Shown here: piece by piece, positions 1 through 9,645 of the stretch | Layout of the letters: the number at the start of each line of letters is the position of its first letter | How positions within the stretch are numbered: position 1 is the stretch's first letter | DNA from: Vicinamibacteria bacterium | GTDB lineage: Bacteria > Acidobacteriota > Vicinamibacteria > Marinacidobacterales > Marinacidobacteraceae | Direction: 5' to 3' | Length of the DNA stretch: 64,000 nt | Assembly: GCA_963555995.3 (NCBI GenBank) | Contig: OY821641.1 | Location: 3,680,001 to 3,744,000, forward strand | Program-made: the position numbers and the translations under genes | Notes under the pieces: generated by a model | What the model saw: the letters and a program-made list of their open reading frames with translations, nothing else | The model's database searches: none | What the model was told of the DNA's origin: nothing

Positions 1-1
1 C

Positions 2-1048
2 GGAACCCTTCTCGACTACGAGGACCTGGAGTTCGAACTGCTCTCCGAGATCGAGTCCGAGGTTCCCGGGGAGGAGCGGTTTCTCGAGTTGCCGGTGGAA
101 CCCGACTGGATCGGCCGCCGCCTCGAGGTCACCGTCCGTTACGAGGCGCGCGGCGGCGCCAGTGAGGCGAGCGAACCCCGGTCCCTCGACGTCACCGGCC
201 CGCTCCCGCCGGTGGAGGAGGTGGTTGTCGAGGTCGGGCCGCTCGAGCTGACGGTCCGGTGGCAGGACCCCCGCGGCGCCCTGGGAGAGGCGCCGCTGGC
301 GGACCCGATGTTCGAGGTCTTCCGGAAGCGCGGCGAGGAGTCCGAACGGCTGGGACGGTCCTTCGGTCCGAGTCAGGCGGACCCCGACGTGGTCTGGGGG
401 GAAGAGGTCTGTTACAGCGCGCGGCTCGTCGTGGCGGGGGACGCGGAGGAGAGGGTGATCCCGGACCCCGGGCCCGCCGAGCCGGCCGGTCCCGAGGGGG
501 ACGCGGACGCCGGGGAGTCGCCGGCTCCGGACGAGGGGGCCGGGGAAGCGCCGGCTCCGGACGAAGCCGGTGAGGCAGGCGCCCTTGAGACGCCCGAAGC
601 GGAATCCGGAGATCCCGAGGGGGACGCGGCGCCCGAGGAACCCGAGGGCGGGGAGACGCCGTGGGCCCCGATCCCGGTCCGGGTCCCCGGCGCCGGAACC
701 GGGGCGCTGAGCGTCGGTCCCATGTCGGCCGAGACGTGCGTCACTCCGGTGGACGCCTTCCCGCCGCTTCCGCCTTCGGACCTGCGCCTCTTCTGGCGAA
801 CCGAGGCGACCGAACTCAGTTGGAGGGAATCGCCGTCCACCGATGCCGCCGGGTATCACGTCTACCGCTCCGGCCCGGACGGCGCCGGCTTCGAGCGCCT
901 GACGGAATCGCCCGTCGAGCAGACGAGCTACACCGACGCCGCGCGCGAACCGCGGGGCGCGTATCGCTACGCCATCACGGCGGTGGACGGCGCCGACCCG
1001 CCGAACGAGAGCCTGCCCTCCGACAGCCGGAGAGTGAACCCGAGGTGA
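2..1048 (+). CDS. Fibronectin type III-like domain protein (5' partial) with acidic Pro/Ala/Glu linker
   Basis: Frame open from position 2; FN3-like C-terminus (LSWRES..GYHVYR..YTD..YRYAITAVD..NES). Confidence 0.7.
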   Translation, partial: GTLLDYEDLEFELLSEIESEVPGEERFLELPVEPDWIGRRLEVTVRYEARGGASEASEPRSLDVTGPLPPVEEVVVEVGPLELTVRWQDPRGALGEAPLADPMFEVFRKRGEESERLGRSFGPSQADPDVVWGEEVCYSARLVVAGDAEERVIPDPGPAEPAGPEGDADAGESPAPDEGAGEAPAPDEAGEAGALETPEAESGDPEGDAAPEEPEGGETPWAPIPVRVPGAGTGALSVGPMSAETCVTPVDAFPPLPPSDLRLFWRTEATELSWRESPSTDAAGYHVYRSGPDGAGFERLTESPVEQTSYTDAAREPRGAYRYAITAVDGADPPNESLPSDSRRVNPR

Positions 1049-1099
1049 GCAGCCCCGGCGCACTCCGGCGGGCCGCCCCGCCGCCGTGATGGCGCTGCC

Positions 1100-1150
1100 G
1101 GCCTGGAACGCCGGTCTCCAGGCCGGCACGCGCGGTGCTCCGCACGGCGC
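1100..1150 (+). repeat. REP-like two-hairpin element, copy 1
   Basis: GGCCTGGAACGCCGGTCTCCAGGCCGGCACGCGCGGTGCTCCGCACGGCGC; near-identical copies elsewhere; partial copy at about 1307-1325. Confidence 0.85.
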
Positions 1151-1413
1151 ACCATGCGGACCCGGGAGGGGGCCGGCGCCGGGCTGTTTCCCGGTGGCGC
1201 CACGAAGGCGAGGAACGACGCCCCCTCCCGCGTCCGCCCGGCACTTCGTGCCGGAAATCGAAACTCCCCAAGCCCCCCTCTCACACTCTCCCCCGGATGG
1301 CACTCCGGCCTGGAACGCCGCGTCCCTCGTGCCGCCGGCTGGTAGCATTGCGTCCGGGTTTGGGGACTTGGATTCCGGGCCGAATTCCGGATTGACGAGG
1401 GGCTCGGCGCAGC

Positions 1414-2061
1414 ATGCAAATCTTTCTCGACACGGCGAATCTGGACGAAATCTCGCGTGCCGCCGCGATGGGGCTCGTGGACGGCGTCACCACGAATCCG
1501 TCGCTCATGGCGAAGGAAACCGGCGATCCGCGGGAGATCCTGGCCGCGATCGCCGAAACGGTTTCCGGCGACGTCTCGGCGGAGGTCCTCTCGACCGACA
1601 CCGCCGGGATGGTGGCCGAGGGCCGGGAGCTCGCGACCATCGCCCCGAACATCATCATCAAGTGCCCGCTGACGCCCGACGGCCTGCGCGCGGTCCGCGA
1701 GCTGAAGGAGGAGGGGATCCGCGTCAACGTGACGCTGTGTTTCAGCGTTCCGCAGGCGCTCTTCGCCGCGAAGGCGGGCGCCTACATCGTGAGCCCCTTC
1801 GTCGGCCGGCTCGACGACATCTCCGCTCCGGGCATGCAGTTGATCGCGGACATCCGGGAGGTCTACGACAACTACGGCTTCGCCACCCAGATCCTGGTCG
1901 CCAGCATCCGGAACCCGCTTCACGTCGTGGAGGCGGCGCGGCTGGGAGCCGACATCGCCACCATGCCCGCCAAGGTGCTGGACCTGCTCATCAGGCACCC
2001 GTTGACGGACATCGGTCTCGAGCGTTTCCTGAAGGACTGGGAGGCGGCGAGGGTCACCTGA
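1414..2061 (+). CDS. tal: Transaldolase / fructose-6-phosphate aldolase (short type)
   Basis: [23 protein letters not shown] (Schiff-base Lys), SPFVGRLDD. Confidence 0.93.
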   Translation: MQIFLDTANLDEISRAAAMGLVDGVTTNPSLMAKETGDPREILAAIAETVSGDVSAEVLSTDTAGMVAEGRELATIAPNIIIKCPLTPDGLRAVRELKEEGIRVNVTLCFSVPQALFAAKAGAYIVSPFVGRLDDISAPGMQLIADIREVYDNYGFATQILVASIRNPLHVVEAARLGADIATMPAKVLDLLIRHPLTDIGLERFLKDWEAARVT

Positions 2062-2074
2062 TCCTCCGGATCGG

Positions 2075-3640
2075 GTGGCACCAAAGTCCGAAGGGCGTCC
2101 GGACGCCTTCGCCGAACTCGAGGCGCGGAACCGCCGCGCCGAGGAGGGCGGCGGCGCGGCCCGGCTCGAGCGCCAGCGGCGTTCGGGGAGACTGACGGCG
2201 CGCGAGCGGATCGCGACCCTCGTGGACGCCGGGTCCTTCGAGGAGACCGGAAAACTGGTCCAGCATCGCTCGCGCGATTTCGGCCTCGACCGGCAGCGCT
2301 ACCCCGGGGACGGGGTCGTGACCGGCTACGCCCGGATTGACGGGCGCCTCGCCTACCTGTTCGCCCAGGACTTCACGGTGCTCGGCGGCTCGCTGAGCGA
2401 GGCGGTCGCGGAAAAGATCTGCCGGACCATGGACCTCGCGGTCCGGCAGGGCGCCCCCATCATCGGGCTGAACGACTCCGGCGGCGCGCGCATCCAGGAA
2501 GGGGTGGTCTCGCTCGCCGGCTACGCCGACATCTTCCTGAGGAACACGCTGGCTTCGGGAGTGGTTCCCCAGATCTCGGCCATCCTCGGGCCCTGCGCGG
2601 GGGGCGCCGTGTATTCCCCGGCCATCACCGACTTCACGATCATGTCCCGCGGCACCAGCTACATGTTCGTGACCGGGCCGGACGTGATCCGCGCCGTGAC
2701 CCACGAGGAAGTCACGAAGGAGGACCTCGGCGGCGCGGAGACCCACAACACGGTTTCGGGAAACGCGCACTTCCTCGGGGAAGACGACGAGGACTGCCTC
2801 GACCTGATCCGCCAGCTCCTCTCGTTCCTGCCGTCGAACAACCTGGAGGAGCCCCCGCGGCGTCCCTCGGCGGACCCGCCCGACCGGGAGACCCCGTCGC
2901 TGGACGGTCTCGTGCCCGAGCAGCCCGACCAGCCGTACGACATCAAGGACCTCATCGGCGAGGTGGTGGACGACGGCGCGTTCCTCGAGGTCCAGGCGCT
3001 CCACGCCGGGAACCTGGTGGTCGGCTTCGGCCGGCTGGGCGGCGCCCCGGTGGGCATCGTGGCGAACCAGCCGGCGGTGCTGGCCGGCGTCCTCGACATT
3101 CAGGCTTCCGTGAAGGGCGCCCGCTTCGTCCGGTTCTGCGACGCCTTCAACATCCCGCTCGTCGTCTTCGAGGACGTGCCGGGCTTCCTGCCGGGGACCC
3201 AGCAGGAGTGGGGAGGCATCATCCGGCACGGGGCGAAGCTGCTCTACGCCTTCGCGGAAGCCACCGTCCCCAAGATCACGGTGATCACCCGCAAGGCGTA
3301 CGGCGGCGCCTACTGCGTGATGGCGAGCAAGCACATCCGGACCGACCTCAACTACGCCTGGCCGAACGCCGAGATCGCGGTGATGGGGTCGGAGGGGGCC
3401 GTGAACGTCCTCTACCGGCGGGAACTCGAAGCGGCCGAGGACGCCGAAGCGGAGCGCGCCGGCCGGGTGGCCGCCTACCGCGAGCGCTTCGCGAACCCCT
3501 ACGTGGCGGCGGAGCGGGGATACGTGGACGAGGTCATCCCGCCGCGGACCACCCGCCGGAAGCTGACCACCGCCCTCGCCTCGCTCGCCACCAAGCGCGA
3601 CCGGAACCCTCCGAAGAAGCACGGGAACATCCCGCTCTGA
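2075..3640 (+). CDS. pccB: Acyl-CoA (propionyl-CoA) carboxylase carboxyltransferase beta subunit
   Basis: [47 protein letters not shown] end. Confidence 0.93.
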   Translation: MAPKSEGRPDAFAELEARNRRAEEGGGAARLERQRRSGRLTARERIATLVDAGSFEETGKLVQHRSRDFGLDRQRYPGDGVVTGYARIDGRLAYLFAQDFTVLGGSLSEAVAEKICRTMDLAVRQGAPIIGLNDSGGARIQEGVVSLAGYADIFLRNTLASGVVPQISAILGPCAGGAVYSPAITDFTIMSRGTSYMFVTGPDVIRAVTHEEVTKEDLGGAETHNTVSGNAHFLGEDDEDCLDLIRQLLSFLPSNNLEEPPRRPSADPPDRETPSLDGLVPEQPDQPYDIKDLIGEVVDDGAFLEVQALHAGNLVVGFGRLGGAPVGIVANQPAVLAGVLDIQASVKGARFVRFCDAFNIPLVVFEDVPGFLPGTQQEWGGIIRHGAKLLYAFAEATVPKITVITRKAYGGAYCVMASKHIRTDLNYAWPNAEIAVMGSEGAVNVLYRRELEAAEDAEAERAGRVAAYRERFANPYVAAERGYVDEVIPPRTTRRKLTTALASLATKRDRNPPKKHGNIPL

Positions 3641-3667
3641 GCCGATGTCCGGACCGCCGACCCGCTG

Positions 3668-5182
3668 ATGTTCCGCCGCGTCCTCGTCGCCAACCGGGGT
3701 GAGATCGCGGTCCGGATCATCCGGGCCTGCCGCGACCTCGGCGTCTCACCGGTGACGGTCCACTCCGAGGCCGACCGGGACAGCCTGCACGTGCGGCTGG
3801 CCGACGAGTCCTTCGAAGTGGGGGGAGCGGCCTCCCGCGACAGCTACCTGAACGGCGAGCGGGTCATCGAGGCGGCGCGGGCCATGGAGGCCGAGGCCCT
3901 GCATCCGGGTTACGGATTCCTGGCGGAGAACGGCGATTTCGCCGCGCGCTGCGCGGAGCGCGGCCTCGTCTTCGTGGGACCGCCTCCCGAGGCGATGCGC
4001 CGGATGGGGGACAAGGCCGCCGCCCGGGAGACGGCGGTCAAGGCCGGGGTTCCGGTCGTCCCGGGCTCGGACATCGTTTCCGGGAAGGATGCGGAGCGCG
4101 CCGCCGCGACGATCGGGTTCCCGCTGCTCATCAAGGCCGCCGCCGGCGGCGGGGGCATGGGGATGCGGCTGGTGCGGGATCCGTCGGGCTTCTCCGACTC
4201 CCTCCGGGAAGCGCAGTCCGAAGCGGAGGCCGCCTTCGGAGACGCCCGGGTGTTCCTCGAGCGCTTCGTGGAGAACCCCCGTCACGTGGAGATCCAGGTG
4301 TTCGGCGACGATTCCGGTTCCGTCGTTCACCTCGGAGAGCGCGACTGTTCGATCCAGCGCCGGAACCAGAAACTCCTCGAAGAGAGTCCGTCGCCCGCGA
4401 TCTCGCCGGAACTGCGGGCCGGGATGGGGGAGGCGGCGGTGCGTCTGGCGCGCGGCGCCGGCTACCGCAACGCCGGGACCGTCGAGTTCCTGCTCGATCC
4501 GGAAGGGCGCTTCCATTTCCTCGAAATGAACGCGCGGCTCCAGGTCGAGCATCCGGTCACCGAGCTCGTATCGGGGTTGGACCTCGTGGCGCTCCAATTG
4601 CGGGTAGCCGCCGGCGAGCCGCTCGGTTTCGCGCAGTCCGACGTCTCGCTCCGCGGCGCGGCGATCGAGCTCCGCATCACCGCGGAGGATCCGTTCGCCG
4701 GTTTCGTCCCCGCCACCGGCCGTATCCGGGAGTTCCGTCCCCCCGCGGGTCCGGGAGTCCGGTGTGACGCCGGGATCGTTTCGGGGAGCGTGGTGTCGCC
4801 GCACTACGACCCGCTGCTCGCCAAGATCATCGTTTCGGGACTCGACCGGGAAACGGCCCGGAAACGGGCGATCCGGGCGGTCCGGGAAACGAGACTCATC
4901 GGAGTCGCCTCGACCCTTCCCTTCTTCGAGCGGGTGCTGGCCAGCGCCCCGTTCTGCAGCGGGAACTTCGATACCTCGTTCGTCCCCGCGCACTGGTCCG
5001 CCCTCAGCCGGAGCGGAACGCAGGGCGAATCCACGGCGCGGGCCGAACTGGGGCCCCTGGCCCTCGCGGCGGCGGCGGCCGAGCTGTGGCGGCGCGAAGG
5101 GTCGAACGCGCACGCGGCCGGCGCGCCCCCGTCCCGGTGGCGCCTCGCCGGCGTCGCCGAAGCGCATCGGGAGCGGCTCTAG
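3668..5182 (+). CDS. accC: Biotin carboxylase subunit of acyl-CoA carboxylase
   Basis: VANRGEIAVR, HPGYGFLAEN, GGGGMG, ERDCSIQRRNQK, EMNARLQVEHPVTE. Confidence 0.92.
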   Translation: MFRRVLVANRGEIAVRIIRACRDLGVSPVTVHSEADRDSLHVRLADESFEVGGAASRDSYLNGERVIEAARAMEAEALHPGYGFLAENGDFAARCAERGLVFVGPPPEAMRRMGDKAAARETAVKAGVPVVPGSDIVSGKDAERAAATIGFPLLIKAAAGGGGMGMRLVRDPSGFSDSLREAQSEAEAAFGDARVFLERFVENPRHVEIQVFGDDSGSVVHLGERDCSIQRRNQKLLEESPSPAISPELRAGMGEAAVRLARGAGYRNAGTVEFLLDPEGRFHFLEMNARLQVEHPVTELVSGLDLVALQLRVAAGEPLGFAQSDVSLRGAAIELRITAEDPFAGFVPATGRIREFRPPAGPGVRCDAGIVSGSVVSPHYDPLLAKIIVSGLDRETARKRAIRAVRETRLIGVASTLPFFERVLASAPFCSGNFDTSFVPAHWSALSRSGTQGESTARAELGPLALAAAAAELWRREGSNAHAAGAPPSRWRLAGVAEAHRERL

Positions 5183-5199
5183 GCGCCGGTGCTGAACTC

Positions 5200-5727
5200 A
5201 TGCGGCGCATCCTCTCGATCGACGGCAAGGAGAGCCGGGTCGAAGTACGCGCCGACGCCGACGGCGGCACCCTGAGGGTCGGGGTCGAAGGCGGAGACGG
5301 AGAACTGGTTGCGCGCGAGACCCCCGCCGGCTGGACGATCACGAACGGCCGCCGCACCGTCGAGGCGGGCGTCACCGGCGGGCGAACCGGCGAACTCGTA
5401 GTCCAGATCGCCGGGCACACCTACCGGCTCGAAACCGGCCGTGGCGCGGCCGGCGGTTCGCGCCGCAGCGGCTCGGCGGCCGGCGGGACGGCGGGCGGAC
5501 GCGCCGAGGTGCGGACCCCGATGCCGGGGAAGGTGGTACGTCTCGTGCGGAAAGAAGGAGATCAGGTCGCCGCCGGCGACGCCGTGCTGGTGTTCGAGGC
5601 GATGAAGATGCAGAACGAGATCCGGGCCCCGGAGAGCGGGGTCATCGCTAACATGAGGGCTACGCGAGGGACTCCCATGGAGGGCGGCGAACTGCTGTTC
5701 GTCGTGGAGCCTGCGGAATCTGCGTGA
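5200..5727 (+). CDS. Biotin carboxyl carrier protein
   Basis: PMPGKV..EAMKM biotinylation motif; ATG at 5200. Confidence 0.9.
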   Translation: MRRILSIDGKESRVEVRADADGGTLRVGVEGGDGELVARETPAGWTITNGRRTVEAGVTGGRTGELVVQIAGHTYRLETGRGAAGGSRRSGSAAGGTAGGRAEVRTPMPGKVVRLVRKEGDQVAAGDAVLVFEAMKMQNEIRAPESGVIANMRATRGTPMEGGELLFVVEPAESA

Positions 5728-8700
5728 CCTCTACTGCTCCGAATCGCCGCACCCGCCGGTTCTGGCTGGTGTTGGCGGGCGCCGCCGCTGCCTCGGCGGT
5801 GTCCCTCGGAGTGCTCCTCTGGGTGGTGTCGAGCCTGGATCAGCAGCGTCTCGGCGCCTATGTCACCGGCCGGCTCAGCGCCGTCCTGGGCCGCCCGGTC
5901 GCCGCGAGCGGTTTCGAGGTCTCGCTCCGAAGGGGGGAGTTCGTCGTTCGCGGACTCCAGCTCGGGAGGGAGCCCACGGAGATCGGTCCGCCGCCCCCGG
6001 CCTTTTCGATCGACCGGATCCGCGGCCGCCTGAGCTGGCGTTCGTTCTTTCCGGCGCGCCTCCACCTCGAGAGCCTCGACGTCGAGGGGGTCGGCCTCTG
6101 GGGTCTCGACGACGGAGGAAAACCGCCGCCGGAGTCCGCCCCCCTCGGACCGGCCATCGAGGCGGTGGCCGCCCGGCTCTCGTTCTCTTCGAACCGGATG
6201 ACGGTGTCCGGAACCACGATCGGGTACCGGAACCGGCCGACGCCGTGGGAAGTCCGCGCCGACGATGTTGCGTTCAGCCTCCAGACCGGCGAAGCAGGAG
6301 GCGTGGACGGCGAAATCCGATCCGGTTGGGGAGTGATCCGCCTCTGGGAGCGGCCGGATCTGCCGATGGCGCTGTCGTCGGGCTTCCGGATCCGGGGGAA
6401 CGACCTGCACTTCGACTTCCTCGAGCTGCGCTCCGACCTGCTCGAGGTGCGCTTCGACGGAACCATGGACATGGCCAACGATCTCGACGGCCGCCTGCGG
6501 ATGGTCGGCAGCGGGGACGCCGGCGGTCTGGGCCGTTTCCTGTTCGAGTTCGAGGGAATGGACACCGAGGGGGAGCCCTGGCTCGAGTTCGAGGGAACCG
6601 CGGGGTTTCAGGAGAACGGCCTGGCGATCGACGGCGACTTCGCGTTGCCGCGGAGCCGTTTCTTCGGCGTCCCGCTGCGGGACTGGACGGGCGTGGTGCA
6701 CTGGGACCCCGAGCGCGTCGAGATCCTCTCCTCGCAGGGACTGGCGTCCGAGGGACCGGCCACCCTGCGGCTGCTACAGGTGCAGCCGCGCGAGGAGAAC
6801 CCGGCGGAGATCCTCCTCAGCGTTCGCGACGGGGCGTTGGCGCCCGCCCTTGAGGGCGTTTTCGGAACGCCGGCCGCGATTCGTTCGCAGGTGAACCTCG
6901 ACGCGGACCTGCGCATGCCCCTCGCCGATCCGGGACTGATGACGGGGACCATTCGGGCCACCGGCCTGATGCCGGACGAGACGGGACCGGGAGAGTTGCC
7001 GCTCGCCTTCGAGACCGACCTGCGGATGGATGACACGGCGACCGACATCCACCGCGTCGTCCTGGAAGGCGAGGCCTTTCGCGGCTCGATGGAAGGCCGC
7101 TATCCCCGGTCCGGGGACGCCAGCATCGCGGCGACCGCGCTGGCCGGCGAATCGGCCGAGGCCGATGCCGTGCAGCAGGAGCTGCGCCGGATGCTCTTCG
7201 GGGAAGACCCCGAGACGACCTTCTGGGACGTTGCGGGGGCCGGGGGGTTCGAGGGCGTCGTTCGCGGCCGGTGGCCCGATCTCGTGCTGGAGGGCGAGGT
7301 CGAGGGTCAGATGATGCGCTTCTCCACGATCCACACGGAAACGCTGATCGCGACCGGGAGGATCGAGCGCGACGCGATCTTTCTCGACAGTCTGAACGCG
7401 CGGTTCGGCGGGGGACGGATCTCCGCCTCGGGAGTCTTCGACCGGGCCGCGGTGGAGTATCCGGACATGGAGTTCGACGCCGACTGGGAGGGCTGGGACG
7501 CCCGGGAGATCATTGACTTCCTGGAGTGGGATCTGGAGGCGGACGGAATCACGACCGGCCGGAGCCACACCGTGCGGCGGGACGAGCGCTATACGGGAGG
7601 CGGATCCGTGGTCGGTTCCGACGGACACGTCCTGGAACAGCCGTTCGACGAGGTGGCGATCACCTGGGACATGGACGGCGACACCGCCCGGCTGGCGCCC
7701 ATGAGCGGGGTGTTCCGGGAGGGCGCCGCCGAAGGGGTCCTCGACATCGGCCTCGTGGACTGGGAGATGGAGGGCCTCGTCACGGGAAGCGACTACCCGC
7801 TGACGCCCGGTCTGGCGCCGGAGTGGATTTCCATCCGCTCCGATTTCCGCCTCGAGGTCGGCGGCGACCTGCTGGTTCCGGAACTGCTGCTCGAGGCGCG
7901 GGTGCCGAACGCCGCCGTCCTCGGCCTGCCGCTCGGCCCGGGCGACATCACGGGGTCCGTCCACGGGGAGGACTTCGAGGGCAGCGGGGCGCTGGATTCG
8001 GGCGCCGCGTCCTTCCGGATGCAGGGACGGGTACCGCTCGGCACCGACGGCGCTGGCACCGTCACGATCCGGGAAGTCGATGTCGCACCCATCCTCTTCG
8101 ACGCGCCGGCCGAGCGGGGGTTTCAGGTCGTGGTCGGCGGGTCCGGGGACTTCCACATCGAGGATCCGCTCGACGAATGGATGACCGGCGCGGCGACTCT
8201 CGAGACCCTGAAGATCACGGCGCCGGATTTCGTCGCCGAAACCGGCGGGCCGACGACCGTCCGCCTGCAGGACGCGCGGGTGCACGTCGAGGGTCTCCGT
8301 CTCCAGCACGAAGGCAGCCAACTGGCGCTGGCGGGATCCATCGGACTGGATGACGAGCTTCTCGATCTCTCGCTGCTGGGACAGACGTCGCTGCTTGCCA
8401 CCGCGCCGTTCTTGCCCTGGCTTTCCGCGGACGGCGAGTTCGGCCTGGAGGCATCGGTGGTCGGTCCGTGGACCGAGCCGGAAGTCCTGGGCACCGGGAC
8501 GATGCGGAACGGCTCCTTCCGCGTCGAGGGGTTTCCGCACGCCCTGAGCGACGTGGAGGGCACCGTTGATTTCGATCAACGGACACTGCGGATCGCGGAG
8601 GTCATCGGCCGCATGGGCGGTGGCGAGGCCGTCGTTTCCGGGTCGATCTCGGTCGAGGACGCGGAGTTCGCCGCCACCGACCTGCGGGTCCAGCTCACAG

Positions 8701-9638
8701 GTTCCAGCCTTCGCTATCCGAGGGACCTGAGCGCGACGGTGGATGCCGACCTGCGGCTCCTGGGCGATCAGGGCGGCCGCCTGCTCACCGGCGGGGTGAC
8801 CCTCGATGAGGCGGTCTGGAGCCGCGAGTACGAGTTCTTCGCCAGCGTCCTCGCCGACGTCAACAGCGTCGCACGTCCCGAGGAGACCGATGCGAGCGGG
8901 TTCCTGGACGAGCTGCGGATGGACGTCCAGGTGGCGACGGACTCTCCCTTCGCGGTCCGGAACTCCAGCTTTCAGCTCGATGCCGCGGCGAATTTCGGTC
9001 TCAGCGGAACCGCCGGGTCTCCGGCGGTGCTGGGTCGCGCCGACCTCGTCGGGGGTGAGGTGTACTTCGGCGCCCATCGCTTCCAGATCGCCCGTGGCCG
9101 GGCCGACTTCATTGATCCCGAGGGGATCCAGCCGGTGTTCGAAGTCGAGGCGGAAGCCACGGTCCGTAGCTACCGGGTGCGGCTCGCCGCCTCGGGAACC
9201 GCGGAACAGATCGAAACGAACCTGAGTTCCGAGCCGCCCCTGCGGGAGGCCGACATCTTCCGGCTCCTGGCGGGCGCTCCGGAACAGGATCTCCTGACGG
9301 CGGCGAGCGACGACCAACTCGCGGCGGCCTCCGCGGCGAGCCTGCTGAGCCAGCAGCTCAGCAACATGATCGGCCGGCGCGCCGGCCGGGTGTTCGGGAT
9401 CGACCGGGTGAGCGTTGATCCCTTCATGATCGGTCGCTTCAGTAACCCGACCGCGAGGGTCACGCTGGGCAAGCAGGTGACCCGGGACCTCAACGTCCGC
9501 TACTCCTCGAGCCTGTCGGACGCCGAGGAATCCATCATCGTGGTCGAGTACACCCCGAGCGGCCCCGTCTCCTGGATCTTCTCTCGGGATCAGGATGGTT
9601 CGCTGGGGGTGGACGTCCGTTTCCACCGGAGTTTCTAG
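5724..9638 (+). CDS. tamB: TamB/AsmA-family translocation and assembly module protein
   Basis: N-terminal TM helix, about 1300 aa beta-rich body, TamB-type C-terminus (SSEPPL..ARVTLGKQ..VEY); adjacent Omp85 gene. Confidence 0.8.
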   Translation: MTSTAPNRRTRRFWLVLAGAAAASAVSLGVLLWVVSSLDQQRLGAYVTGRLSAVLGRPVAASGFEVSLRRGEFVVRGLQLGREPTEIGPPPPAFSIDRIRGRLSWRSFFPARLHLESLDVEGVGLWGLDDGGKPPPESAPLGPAIEAVAARLSFSSNRMTVSGTTIGYRNRPTPWEVRADDVAFSLQTGEAGGVDGEIRSGWGVIRLWERPDLPMALSSGFRIRGNDLHFDFLELRSDLLEVRFDGTMDMANDLDGRLRMVGSGDAGGLGRFLFEFEGMDTEGEPWLEFEGTAGFQENGLAIDGDFALPRSRFFGVPLRDWTGVVHWDPERVEILSSQGLASEGPATLRLLQVQPREENPAEILLSVRDGALAPALEGVFGTPAAIRSQVNLDADLRMPLADPGLMTGTIRATGLMPDETGPGELPLAFETDLRMDDTATDIHRVVLEGEAFRGSMEGRYPRSGDASIAATALAGESAEADAVQQELRRMLFGEDPETTFWDVAGAGGFEGVVRGRWPDLVLEGEVEGQMMRFSTIHTETLIATGRIERDAIFLDSLNARFGGGRISASGVFDRAAVEYPDMEFDADWEGWDAREIIDFLEWDLEADGITTGRSHTVRRDERYTGGGSVVGSDGHVLEQPFDEVAITWDMDGDTARLAPMSGVFREGAAEGVLDIGLVDWEMEGLVTGSDYPLTPGLAPEWISIRSDFRLEVGGDLLVPELLLEARVPNAAVLGLPLGPGDITGSVHGEDFEGSGALDSGAASFRMQGRVPLGTDGAGTVTIREVDVAPILFDAPAERGFQVVVGGSGDFHIEDPLDEWMTGAATLETLKITAPDFVAETGGPTTVRLQDARVHVEGLRLQHEGSQLALAGSIGLDDELLDLSLLGQTSLLATAPFLPWLSADGEFGLEASVVGPWTEPEVLGTGTMRNGSFRVEGFPHALSDVEGTVDFDQRTLRIAEVIGRMGGGEAVVSGSISVEDAEFAATDLRVQLTGSSLRYPRDLSATVDADLRLLGDQGGRLLTGGVTLDEAVWSREYEFFASVLADVNSVARPEETDASGFLDELRMDVQVATDSPFAVRNSSFQLDAAANFGLSGTAGSPAVLGRADLVGGEVYFGAHRFQIARGRADFIDPEGIQPVFEVEAEATVRSYRVRLAASGTAEQIETNLSSEPPLREADIFRLLAGAPEQDLLTAASDDQLAAASAASLLSQQLSNMIGRRAGRVFGIDRVSVDPFMIGRFSNPTARVTLGKQVTRDLNVRYSSSLSDAEESIIVVEYTPSGPVSWIFSRDQDGSLGVDVRFHRSF

Positions 9639-9645
9639 TCAGTCC